A stretch of 32,000 bases of DNA from Candidatus Methanoperedens sp. (GTDB lineage Archaea; Halobacteriota; Methanosarcinia; Methanosarcinales; Methanoperedenaceae): contig JBGQBI010000005.1 of the NCBI GenBank assembly GCA_041494705.1, positions 30,001 through 62,000 of the forward strand, in the 5' to 3' direction. Numbering within the stretch: the first letter of the stretch is position 1; each line of letters begins with the position of its first letter. Both the position numbers and the translations under genes were made by a program. The notes beneath the pieces are model-generated. The model saw nothing but the letters and a program-made list of their open reading frames with translations, was not told the origin of the DNA and did no database searches. This document shows, in pieces, positions 1-7,964 of the stretch.

Positions 1-2
1 TT

Positions 3-1772
3 CCGGTATGGGTGTGCGATTTTTGCGGCAATGTTGAGGTAATGGGAACAATGGACGAACTGAAATCAAGGTCGGGAGTAAAAACGCTTTCAGACCTGCA
101 CAGGCCCAACGTTGATAATATCCATATCAAATGCAAATGCGACGCAAGAATGAGCCGGGTTCCCGATGTGTTTGATGTGTGGTTCGATTCCGCAGTAGCC
201 TCATGGGCAACGTTGAATTTCCCGCGCGATGAAAAAGCATATAAAGAATGGTGGCCAGCCGATTTTATAACCGAAGGTCATGACCAGACGCGCGGGTGGT
301 TCTATTCCCAGATGGGCGCAAGCATGGTTTCATTCGGGAAAGCCCCGTATAAGAGTGTGCTGATGCACGGTTTCACCCTTGACACCGAAGGCAAGAAGAT
401 GTCAAAGAGTCTTGGGAATGTTGTCTCGCCTGACGATGTTATTTTAAAATACGGGGCGGAATCGCTCCGGTTTTACGTGCTTTCCCAGAATGCACCGTGG
501 GAAGACCTGAAATTCAGCTGGGATGAGGTGGGCAATATCCACAGGATGGTGAATATCCTCTGGAATGTGTACAGGTTCCCGCTTCCGTACATGATTCTTG
601 ATAAGTTTAACCCGGCTGACCTTGATAAGAAACTTGCGACTTTGCCGCTTCGCCTTGAAGACAGGTGGATACTTTCAAGGATGCAGTCCCTGATAAAATC
701 CGTTGACCTGGCAATGTCCGAATACAACCTTCATAAAGCCACGCGTCCCATATCGGAGTTCATACTTGAAGACCTCTCGCGGTGGTATATCCAGCTCATA
801 AGGCCAAGGACATGGCGCGAGGCAAACGACCCTGATAAACTGGCGGCTTATTATACACTGTATGAAGTCCTTGTCACAATAACAAAACTCATAGCGCCTT
901 TTATGCCTCATATTTCCGAGGAGATGTACCAGAATCTTGTGCGCAACGTAAATCCTGGTGCGCCTGCAAGCGTTCACATGTGCGAATGGGCAAAACCAAG
1001 GGAAAATTTCATTGATGTCGGGCTTGAGAAAAAAATGGAAATCATAAGGGAGATAGTTGAGGCATCATCCAATGCAAGACAGAAACTGAAGCGTAAACTG
1101 AGATGGCCTGTGAAAAGAATTGTTATCTCGCCGAAGAATGAAATAGTAAATGAGGCTGTTGCAAGCCTTGAATCCGTACTGAAAGAGCAGACAAATGCCA
1201 AGGAAATCGTTTTGCTAAAAGAGGGTGAAACATGGGAAGAGCTTGGCGTGGAAGTGCTGCCCAACCATGCGGCGCTTGGGCCTGCTTTTAAAAAGGATGC
1301 AGGCAAAGTAATAGCCGAATTAAAGAAAGCTGACGGCAGGAAAATAAAAAAGGCGATTCTGGAAACGGGTCAATATGAGCTTAAAGCCGGTATAATAACA
1401 CAGGAAATGGTAAGTTTCAAGGACTTAGTCCCGCCTGCTATTGCCAGCGCCGGATTTTCGCAGGGGGAAGTGTTTGTTGATACTGAACTCACGCGCGATA
1501 TCGAATCCGAGGGCTACGCCCGCGAGGTCATAAGAAGGCTCCAGGACATGAGAAAAGAACTTGACCTTGCTGTTGAAGAAGAGATAAACGCTATTGTGGA
1601 AATCAAGGACGAGCGTGTTGCGGCGCTAATACTTGATTTAAAGGATTTTATTTCAGGAGAAGTCAGGGCAAGCTCATTGAGTATTGGTCCTGAGATTGAA
1701 GCTGAGGGCGCACTTGTGAAGGATTGGGATGTTGAGGATGTTAAGATGAGGATGGGGATAAGGAGGAAATAA
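3..1772 (+). CDS. ileS: Isoleucyl-tRNA synthetase, C-terminal ~590 aa. The 5' end lies upstream of the window.
   Basis: The reading frame is open to the window edge in the frame of track ORF 12..1772. The class I aaRS KMSKS loop is present as KKMSKSLGNVV. The length and the conserved stretches (DVWFDS, TRGWFYS) are typical of archaeal/eukaryal-type IleRS. Confidence 0.93.
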   Translation, partial: PVWVCDFCGNVEVMGTMDELKSRSGVKTLSDLHRPNVDNIHIKCKCDARMSRVPDVFDVWFDSAVASWATLNFPRDEKAYKEWWPADFITEGHDQTRGWFYSQMGASMVSFGKAPYKSVLMHGFTLDTEGKKMSKSLGNVVSPDDVILKYGAESLRFYVLSQNAPWEDLKFSWDEVGNIHRMVNILWNVYRFPLPYMILDKFNPADLDKKLATLPLRLEDRWILSRMQSLIKSVDLAMSEYNLHKATRPISEFILEDLSRWYIQLIRPRTWREANDPDKLAAYYTLYEVLVTITKLIAPFMPHISEEMYQNLVRNVNPGAPASVHMCEWAKPRENFIDVGLEKKMEIIREIVEASSNARQKLKRKLRWPVKRIVISPKNEIVNEAVASLESVLKEQTNAKEIVLLKEGETWEELGVEVLPNHAALGPAFKKDAGKVIAELKKADGRKIKKAILETGQYELKAGIITQEMVSFKDLVPPAIASAGFSQGEVFVDTELTRDIESEGYAREVIRRLQDMRKELDLAVEEEINAIVEIKDERVAALILDLKDFISGEVRASSLSIGPEIEAEGALVKDWDVEDVKMRMGIRRK

Positions 1773-1778
1773 AGTTTC

Positions 1779-1796
1779 ATCCCTCAATTAAGGGAT
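1779..1796 (+). terminator. Short hairpin immediately after the ileS stop codon.
   Basis: ATCCCT (1779-1784), loop CAATTA, then AGGGAT (1791-1796), a perfect 6-bp stem 7 nt after the TAA at 1770-1772. Archaeal termination usually relies on T-tracts, so the function is uncertain. Confidence 0.3.
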
Positions 1797-1804
1797 TAAA
1801 CAGG

Positions 1805-1836
1805 TTGACGTAAACATTGACGCAAAGGTTGACGCA
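1805..1836. repeat. Three direct TTGACG(T/C)A motifs at exact 12-bp spacing.
   Basis: TTGACGTA at 1805-1812, TTGACGCA at 1817-1824 and TTGACGCA at 1829-1836. The first and third are each preceded by AGG. The repeats lie in the convergent ileS / Lon-like protease intergenic region. Confidence 0.6.
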
Positions 1837-1868
1837 CGGTTCTCTTGCTTTCGTTTTTGCTGTCAAGA

Positions 1869-2684
1869 CTATTGCAAAACATACGTCATCGCATCCTCAA
1901 TAGTCCCGACCTCCCTCACCTCAATCCCGATATCCCCCACATCGGCTTTTTGTCCCAGGGGAACAAGGAACAAGACAGCCCCGGCATCCCTGGCAGCCAG
2001 TCCTTTTGCCCTGGGAGACCCGATTTGTCCAATGCTGTGATCATCATTTATTGTGCCTGTAATCAGCACATCCTTTCGCATAGTTTTCCCCTGCATTGCC
2101 GCAATAGCCGAAAGGGTCATGGCACTGCCGCCGCTTCCCCCGGAAATGAGTAATTGCTCTTGCAAAGGGGACTGTATATTGATGAGAATGTCCTTATCTG
2201 CCAGGTTTTTCCTCGTAATCTCACGCGCCACACGTACCGCCGTTTGTGCCGAAGTTTGAATAGTCGGGTCAAGCAGGACATTGGCGACATTAAGTAATAG
2301 ATCTCCGGTTCCTTTCCTTAAAATGACTTCAAGGGGAATCAGGTGTCCGACATCATTATTATCCACAGCCAGGACATCATAATCGGCTTTTGAGACCATG
2401 GTGAGGTTTATGATTTCATCCTCAAGCCGCGCGCTTCTTTGTGTTTCGTTTTTGAGTTGCGTCTCTGTTGTGGATAAATTCTGTTTGAGATTATTTACGC
2501 TTATTTCAAGCCCTGAAATCGTTTCTTTCTGGGAATTGGTCTCTGCAACCAGGCCGGTAATAGTCTGGTTCTGGAGGTTTATTTTTTCAAGACTCGTATA
2601 TAATTGGAAGGCTGAGCCTATCAATAATACAGAAAGGATTATTGTTATGATTTTCAGTAATTTATTGTTGTCAACCATACCCAT
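1869..2684 (-). CDS. Membrane-anchored S16 (Lon C-terminal proteolytic domain) serine protease with a coiled-coil stalk and no AAA+ module.
   Basis: The N-terminal TM helix is LLKIITIILSVLLIGSAF, followed by a heptad-rich Q/E/L/N segment. The C-terminal half has the Lon_C Ser-Lys dyad context: GGSGGSAMTLSAIAA (Ser) and IGQIGSPRAKGLAARDAGAVLFLVP (Lys). Confidence 0.8.
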   Translation of the reverse strand: MGMVDNNKLLKIITIILSVLLIGSAFQLYTSLEKINLQNQTITGLVAETNSQKETISGLEISVNNLKQNLSTTETQLKNETQRSARLEDEIINLTMVSKADYDVLAVDNNDVGHLIPLEVILRKGTGDLLLNVANVLLDPTIQTSAQTAVRVAREITRKNLADKDILINIQSPLQEQLLISGGSGGSAMTLSAIAAMQGKTMRKDVLITGTINDDHSIGQIGSPRAKGLAARDAGAVLFLVPLGQKADVGDIGIEVREVGTIEDAMTYVLQ

Positions 2685-2862
2685 ACTTTATTAATACGCT
2701 ATAATGTAAAAGTCTTTGTAATGGCTCCTGTCAATTCCGGGGTTTTTAATTTATTCATAAAACAGGAGCTTCAGATTATATCTTCAGAAAGATTTAGTAA
2801 GATATATTAGTTGGAAAAAGATGGATGATTTGAACGTTCCTTTGATAATCGCTCGGTGTGGG

Positions 2863-3630
2863 CTAGGGAGTAGGCATGGGTGTGCCTTTGGGATGGCAGG
2901 TGTTGCAAGAGACAAAGTGAATGTCGTTCTTGCTTTCCTTGTCATTATAGGTCGTGTCGAGTTTGGTGACATCGGGATGCTTGGGATTGACCATGGGGTG
3001 GCACTGCGTACACGCTTCATGCGGGTCGAGACTCATCTCGGTGCCCTTCACGAAATGACACTGAGCGCACTGCAAGCCCTCGTGCACCGAGCCTTTGAGG
3101 TTGCGGCTGTCATCGGTGCCGGGCTGATGGCATTTTTCGCACAGTTCGGTATTGTTCTTCACCGCGACGTACACTTGCTTTGTCCCGTCGTAGAAGGCAA
3201 GCAGCATCGGCGCCTTGCTTGTCGGATCGTGGCAGACCTCACACTTAATCGCCTCCCATGCTTTCGCGTTGTCTACGAGCCTCCAAGGACCCTTTTGGTC
3301 TACTGGCTGAACGAAATCAGTGATATTGAACTTTGCCACCTGAAAGGGCGAGTGACAAGTAATGCACTCATCTGTCAATAATTCTGCCGTGTTGTGGTTC
3401 TCGTTCAGCAAGACGGTTTGGGCATCGGCGGCATGCAGCGTTGTCGCCCAACGCTTATGTTCCTCTTTGTGGCACGCCGCGCAGTCCGCGCCCGCCACAT
3501 GAGGATTGGGGGTTGATGTCGGAGTAGGCGTTGGAGTAGCCTTAGGGAGCCTGCTCACACAGCCCGAGATTATCAACGATAATACTATTGCAGCAAATAC
3601 AACATAATAAGTTGTTCTTCCCCCAATCAT
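2863..3630 (-). CDS. Heptahaem c-type cytochrome, probably a lipid-anchored extracytoplasmic protein.
   Basis: There are seven CxxCH motifs: CAACH, CITCH, CEVCH, CEKCH, CAQCH, CTQCH and CNTCH. The N-terminal hydrophobic signal ends in a lipobox-like LIISGC, followed by a Thr/Pro linker (PKATPTPTPTSTPNP). Confidence 0.9.
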   Translation of the reverse strand: MIGGRTTYYVVFAAIVLSLIISGCVSRLPKATPTPTPTSTPNPHVAGADCAACHKEEHKRWATTLHAADAQTVLLNENHNTAELLTDECITCHSPFQVAKFNITDFVQPVDQKGPWRLVDNAKAWEAIKCEVCHDPTSKAPMLLAFYDGTKQVYVAVKNNTELCEKCHQPGTDDSRNLKGSVHEGLQCAQCHFVKGTEMSLDPHEACTQCHPMVNPKHPDVTKLDTTYNDKESKNDIHFVSCNTCHPKGTPMPTP

Positions 3631-3697
3631 AAATACCTCTATAGATGTTTATCTAGGATAGTATTTATAATATACTAAAAGCAGATTTCGCAGGCAT

Positions 3698-3961
3698 TTA
3701 AGTATTAAGATGGCTTACGATTTCAGATTTGCCCGCCCATGTAAAAAACCGCTTTATCCTGACTTTGCAAATTCCAACTGTTTCGATTAAACATTCGTTA
3801 TGCTTTTCCATAATGTACTTATTCACATCGGTTTTATCCCACTTTTCAAGAGCCTTAAACCTATTGATGTTCTTTAAAAATTTACTATAATCCATTATAG
3901 TTTTCTCTGCCGTGCCATTAATTTTAAGGTCATGAAGGAATTGATCGATTATTTTAATCAT
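3698..3961 (-). pseudogene. Tyrosine recombinase/integrase fragment with only the N-terminal SAM-like domain. The catalytic domain is missing.
   Basis: The 87-aa ORF (FLHDLKINGTAEKTIMDYSKFLKNINRF...VNKYIMEK...KVRIKRFFTWA) follows the helix pattern of the XerC/D/XerA N-terminal core-binding domain. It ends 68 nt before the next gene, which leaves no room for the ~180-aa catalytic domain. The family call rests on my pattern recognition alone. Confidence 0.45.
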
Positions 3962-4193
3962 ACTCCTCTATATGTAATTACTAAGCAATAAAGCCATAAT
4001 CTAAAACAAATCCCCATAATGTCGTTTTTTAAAATAAAAAATTATTTATACGTATATTCTTACAAAATATTAGTTTATAAGCATTTTTGTATGTTTTTTG
4101 AGTTGGTTGGAGCTTCAATACACGCACTTGAATGAAATAGCATAAGATATAAAGTGCATCAGGTTATGCTTAAATAAGATAGAGATAGATACA

Positions 4194-4388
4194 ATGAAAA
4201 TACGTGAAATCATAAAATTATTAAAAGCCGAAGGTTGGTATCTTGTTGCAACAAAAGGCAGCCATCAACAATACAAGCATCCAACCAAACCAGGCAGAGT
4301 AACAATCGCCGGTCATCCAGGTGATGATTTGGCTGAAGGGACATTAAACAGTATATTAAAGCAAGCCCAACTGAAAAAGGTGAAATAA
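4194..4388 (+). CDS. hicA: Type II toxin HicA (mRNA interferase).
   Basis: The 64-aa protein has the HicA/YcfA hallmarks: LLKAEGWYLVATKGSHQQYKHPTKPGRVTIAGHPGDDLAEGTLNSILKQA. It sits 1 nt upstream of a HicB-like gene. Confidence 0.9.
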   Translation: MKIREIIKLLKAEGWYLVATKGSHQQYKHPTKPGRVTIAGHPGDDLAEGTLNSILKQAQLKKVK

Positions 4389-4389
4389 T

Positions 4390-4629
4390 ATGTATCATTT
4401 CCTTGTTGTGATCGAAAAAGCAAACAATAACTACTCGGCGTATTCGCCGGATTTACCTGGCTGTGTGGCTACAGGCGCTACCCGTGAAGAAGCTGAGAAA
4501 AATATGTATGAAGCTATTGAAATGCATATACAGGGTTTACTGGAGGATAATTTATCCATTCCAGAATCAAAGTCATTTGCAGAGTATGTGGCTGTTGCTG
4601 AAAAATCAAGTATAGAGCAAACGGCTTAA
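4390..4629 (+). CDS. hicB: Type II antitoxin HicB (UPF0150-type N-terminal domain).
   Basis: The 79-aa protein has the typical HicB start: YHFLVVIEKANNNYSAYSPDLPGCVATGATREEAEKNMYEAIEMHIQGL. The order (hicA then hicB) and the 1-nt spacing are canonical. Confidence 0.88.
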   Translation: MYHFLVVIEKANNNYSAYSPDLPGCVATGATREEAEKNMYEAIEMHIQGLLEDNLSIPESKSFAEYVAVAEKSSIEQTA

Positions 4630-4844
4630 TGACAAGCTGTCTGCTTACTCCAAAACATCCGTTTCTCTTTTGGATTTTTGCGCCTGAATTAAAACACTGG
4701 AATCGTGTAAACCGATAGCGTGCTAAACGCTCAAGCATCAACATGATGCACGGCGCTTCAGCCAGGGGTCGTATGACTTCCTCCCATTAATCTTAAGCAC
4801 ATTGATATACTTTTTAACCATAACCCCACAAAACCAAAACCGTT

Positions 4845-5963
4845 ATGGAAATAATCAAAACTAACTCCATCAATTTCAGGTACTTCAAGAAAAACATGCA
4901 GAGCATCGCAGTCCTTCGGCCCCTCCTTCCGGGTGCGGATAATGTGAAACAGCCATGCGACGGCATAATGATTTACAGCTTTTCCTCACCCCAGGCACAG
5001 TCTATCTTCCGCGAAGTAAAACACTCAAAAACCAACTCGATATTCATAGCAGGCGGACCGCATCCATCGGCACGCCCCGAAGAGACGCTTCAGTATTTTG
5101 ATTATGTGGTCGTGGGCGAAGGCGAGGAAACCCTGCCCGAATTGATACGCGTTCTGCAAAATTGTGGGGATATTTCTTCTGTCAAAGGTATTGCGTTTAA
5201 GAAAAACGACAGGATTATTTTCACAGGAAAAAGAGACGACATTGACCTTGACAGGTACCCGGCCTTTGACCCCGATATTATGTACAGCACAATCGAGATA
5301 ACACGCGGCTGCCCATTTAACTGCTCTTACTGCTCAACCCCGCAGCTATTCGGTCACAGGATGAGACACCGAAGCATTGACGCAATAACAAGATATGCGC
5401 AATTCCTCTGGGATGTCAGGTTCATATCCCCGAATGCTTTTGCCTATGGTTCGGACGGGAGACATCCCCGGCCTGAGAAGGTAGAAGCGCTCCTTAAGGC
5501 ATTACCCTATAAAAGGGCATTTTTTGGCACATTTCCATCAGAAGTGAGACCTGAATTTATCAGTGACAGGCTTCTTGAACTTGTATCGGAATATTGCGCC
5601 AATACCACGTTAAACATGGGCGGGCAGTCCGGGAGCCAGAGAATGCTTGACATGATTAACAGGGGACATACTGTCGAGGATATCATTTCCGGCGCGGAAA
5701 AATGCCTCCAGCATGGATTCACGCCAGTCGTTGATTTCATTTTCGGCCTTCCCCATGAAACCGAAGATGACCAGCATGAAACCCTCAAACTCATCAAGTG
5801 GCTCACAGGAAAAGGAGCGAAAGTACATTCCCATTATTTCATGCCGCTTCCCGGAACTCCCTTTGAAAACATGGTACCTGCCCCATTATCAGGAGAGGTT
5901 GACAGGATAATGGGCGAGCTTGCGCTTAACGGGAAAGTGACGGGAATCTGGTCTAAAGCTTGA
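4845..5963 (+). CDS. B12-binding-domain-like / radical SAM domain protein.
   Basis: The CxxxCxxC radical SAM cluster motif appears as RGCPFNCSYCSTP. The N-terminal Rossmann-like region (IFIAGGPHPS...VVVGEGEETLPELI) is typical of class B-like radical SAM enzymes. The substrate is unknown. Confidence 0.85.
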   Translation: MEIIKTNSINFRYFKKNMQSIAVLRPLLPGADNVKQPCDGIMIYSFSSPQAQSIFREVKHSKTNSIFIAGGPHPSARPEETLQYFDYVVVGEGEETLPELIRVLQNCGDISSVKGIAFKKNDRIIFTGKRDDIDLDRYPAFDPDIMYSTIEITRGCPFNCSYCSTPQLFGHRMRHRSIDAITRYAQFLWDVRFISPNAFAYGSDGRHPRPEKVEALLKALPYKRAFFGTFPSEVRPEFISDRLLELVSEYCANTTLNMGGQSGSQRMLDMINRGHTVEDIISGAEKCLQHGFTPVVDFIFGLPHETEDDQHETLKLIKWLTGKGAKVHSHYFMPLPGTPFENMVPAPLSGEVDRIMGELALNGKVTGIWSKA

Positions 5964-7026
5964 TATCCTCGTTTTCAACAAGGAGCCTGAAATCTTCAAG
6001 GCTCAGGCGTCCGTCCTTCTTGAATTTCTCTTTCGCCTGCTCCCGTTTTCCCATATTTTTCTGCTCGTCCTTGCTTAACTGGACATCCTTCATCTGTTCA
6101 AGGTAAACTCCAAGTTCATCCCTGAGTTTGGGGATTTCAGCCTTGAGCGCCCCTATTTTCTTCCTGAGGGGATTAATGCCTTTATATTTATCAGACAACT
6201 GGGCATGATAGGAATCCGCCTCTTTGCGAAGCGCGTCTATCACTTTATAGAGCGCAATCATCTCCTCATGATATTTCTGGGATTCCTGCGCAAGCGCCTG
6301 GATCTGGGCATGCAGGGAATCCATGTCCGTATAAATCTCTTTTCCTTTGCTGTATTCTTCTGTTATCTCGGAATGTATGACGTTAGCCTTTTTAGTGGCT
6401 TCATACCGCTGGCTTAATTCGATAAGCCGGTTAAAAATATTGATTTCAAGTTCAAGAGGGATGTCAGCGGTCAAGAATGTATTTAATTCCTCGGCGTATG
6501 CTTTCTCAAGCGTTTCAATCCTTCCCCGCGCGGTCAGGTTCAGTTCATCGCGTGTTTTCTTCAGTCCGCCTATTTTTTCGCCGAATTCCTTTCCTTTCAT
6601 TTTTAACTGGTCGCGCTGTGATTTTAACTCCGCAATCCTTGCATTGACTTCATCACGTTTTTTCCGTAATTCGCTTGCTCTGGCGGATTGCTCTTTCACC
6701 TTCGCATTCAAACCGTCGCGCTTGACCTTTAGCTCCTCTCCGCCATTGCTGTGGAGAGAGATGTCTTTGAATATGGTTTTTAATTCCCTCTCTTTTTGCT
6801 CGAGCTGCTGCCTCAGGAGATTGATTTTTTCCTTTAATTCCCTCTCCGGAAGCTTCGGGAATACTTTTGGTGAATCTATGCTTTCGGTTTTCTGTTCAAT
6901 AACAGGTTCTTCCTGTTGTTTGGCAGGAACAGGGACATCAAGGGCTTGTGCATCAATTGCAGGTGTATCAGCAACAGGCGCATCCGCAACAGCCTGGGTA
7001 TTTTGTGTATTTTCCGGCTCGCTCAT
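5953..7026 (-). CDS. Archaeal coiled-coil protein (COG1340-like), 357 aa, with an acidic/Pro-rich N-terminus.
   Basis: Long heptad-rich K/E/L/R sequence. I prefer the internal start MSEPENT at 7026, because that ATG lies 1 nt after the upstream gene's TGA (7028-7030). The track ORF's 19-aa N-terminal extension would overlap that gene. Confidence 0.75.
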   Translation of the reverse strand: MSEPENTQNTQAVADAPVADTPAIDAQALDVPVPAKQQEEPVIEQKTESIDSPKVFPKLPERELKEKINLLRQQLEQKERELKTIFKDISLHSNGGEELKVKRDGLNAKVKEQSARASELRKKRDEVNARIAELKSQRDQLKMKGKEFGEKIGGLKKTRDELNLTARGRIETLEKAYAEELNTFLTADIPLELEINIFNRLIELSQRYEATKKANVIHSEITEEYSKGKEIYTDMDSLHAQIQALAQESQKYHEEMIALYKVIDALRKEADSYHAQLSDKYKGINPLRKKIGALKAEIPKLRDELGVYLEQMKDVQLSKDEQKNMGKREQAKEKFKKDGRLSLEDFRLLVENEDIKL

Positions 7027-7027
7027 C

Positions 7028-7675
7028 TCAAATCCCACCTTTTTGTTTTTCCCAGTAAGCAACAGCATTATTATGGCTTTCAATCCTGCGCTTTAACCAG
7101 TTATGTCGCCCTTCGGTTTCATTTATTTGGTTATCGACATCCCTTGCGCCTGTATCCTGTTTTGGTTTATTCTGGAGGGATATCAATTCTTTATGGGATG
7201 AGTTTGCCTCATTTAAGATATCAACAACGCCTTTCCCTGTTACAATTAATCCGGCTTTGCGGGCTTCGGATTCGAAATCATAAAGGAGTTTTTTGATTTC
7301 CACGATTATCCTTTCCTCGTCCTCGATATTTTTTGAATTTTGAAGTCTTTTCTCAAATTCATCTATTTTGCCTGAGATACGCATGATGTCATGGATGTTA
7401 GCCGCTTTTGCCGGGCGCATTTTTTCAATGACTTTACCGAATAATTCTTCCCTCAGTTTTTTTGCCTGGTGGAAAACCAGATAATATTTTTCATTAAGAA
7501 CAGTAATTCTTGCCTCTGTTGTCCCTATCTCTTTTTTTATTGCCTGGGATTGCTGTTTGGAAGCAGCCAGTTTGCTATCAAGTTCTGAAAATTCGGAATT
7601 AAATGTCTTAAGAAATCCACTATGCTTTTCAATAACCTGTTCGATTAACCTGTTGCTTTCAATAATTTCAATCAT
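7028..7675 (-). CDS. Archaeal coiled-coil protein (COG1340-like), 215 aa.
   Basis: I chose the start at MIEIIESN (7675), which forms an ATGA overlap with the stop of the upstream DUF424 gene (7672-7675). The sequence is heptad-rich and contains the NIEDEERIIVEIKKL element seen in this family. Confidence 0.75.
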   Translation of the reverse strand: MIEIIESNRLIEQVIEKHSGFLKTFNSEFSELDSKLAASKQQSQAIKKEIGTTEARITVLNEKYYLVFHQAKKLREELFGKVIEKMRPAKAANIHDIMRISGKIDEFEKRLQNSKNIEDEERIIVEIKKLLYDFESEARKAGLIVTGKGVVDILNEANSSHKELISLQNKPKQDTGARDVDNQINETEGRHNWLKRRIESHNNAVAYWEKQKGGI

Positions 7676-7962
7676 AATTGTACCATCTGCGCATGAGGAA
7701 TGCCCTCGATAAAGATTACCGTATCCGGGTCGACACATCCGCAAGCCACTGCGCATGCTATTGATTTTTCACCAGCGATATTGGCCATTGTCGCGCCGGA
7801 CAGGGCGTCTTTCACTTCTTCCTCACAAACTTCATCGCCTTTATAGAAACACTCGTCCAGTTTGAGAACGAGAATGCCTTCCTTGAATTTTTTCCCGATA
7901 ATGTCCTTATCGCAAAGTGCCACTACGATTTGCCCATCCGTATCATATTTTTTCATGTACAT
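7672..7962 (-). CDS. DUF424 family protein.
   Basis: The sequence (KKYDTDGQIVVALCDKDIIGKKFKEG...IAGEKSIACAVACGCVDPDTVIFIEGIPHAQMV) matches my recollection of archaeal DUF424. I prefer the ATG at 7962. The track uses a TTG at 7968 that would overlap the mcm stop (7965-7967). Confidence 0.8.
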   Translation of the reverse strand: MYMKKYDTDGQIVVALCDKDIIGKKFKEGILVLKLDECFYKGDEVCEEEVKDALSGATMANIAGEKSIACAVACGCVDPDTVIFIEGIPHAQMVQL

Positions 7963-7964
7963 GT

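Noticed and set aside
5953-5963. An 11-nt convergent overlap between the 3' ends of the radical SAM gene (plus strand) and the coiled-coil gene (minus strand).
   Set aside because: Short convergent overlaps are common in compact archaeal genomes, and I saw no associated structure or repeat. I noted it only as a possible site of transcriptional interference.
6347-7096. Plus-strand ORFs of 249 aa (6347-7096), 248 aa (9259-10005), 253 aa (25902-26663), 186 aa (2821-3381) and 159 aa (7930-8409).
   Set aside because: Each lies antisense to a strongly supported gene: the coiled-coil protein, mcm, groEL, the cytochrome, and mcm again. All are Ser/Phe/Leu-rich low-complexity translations, as expected from the reverse frame of K/E-rich or conserved genes.
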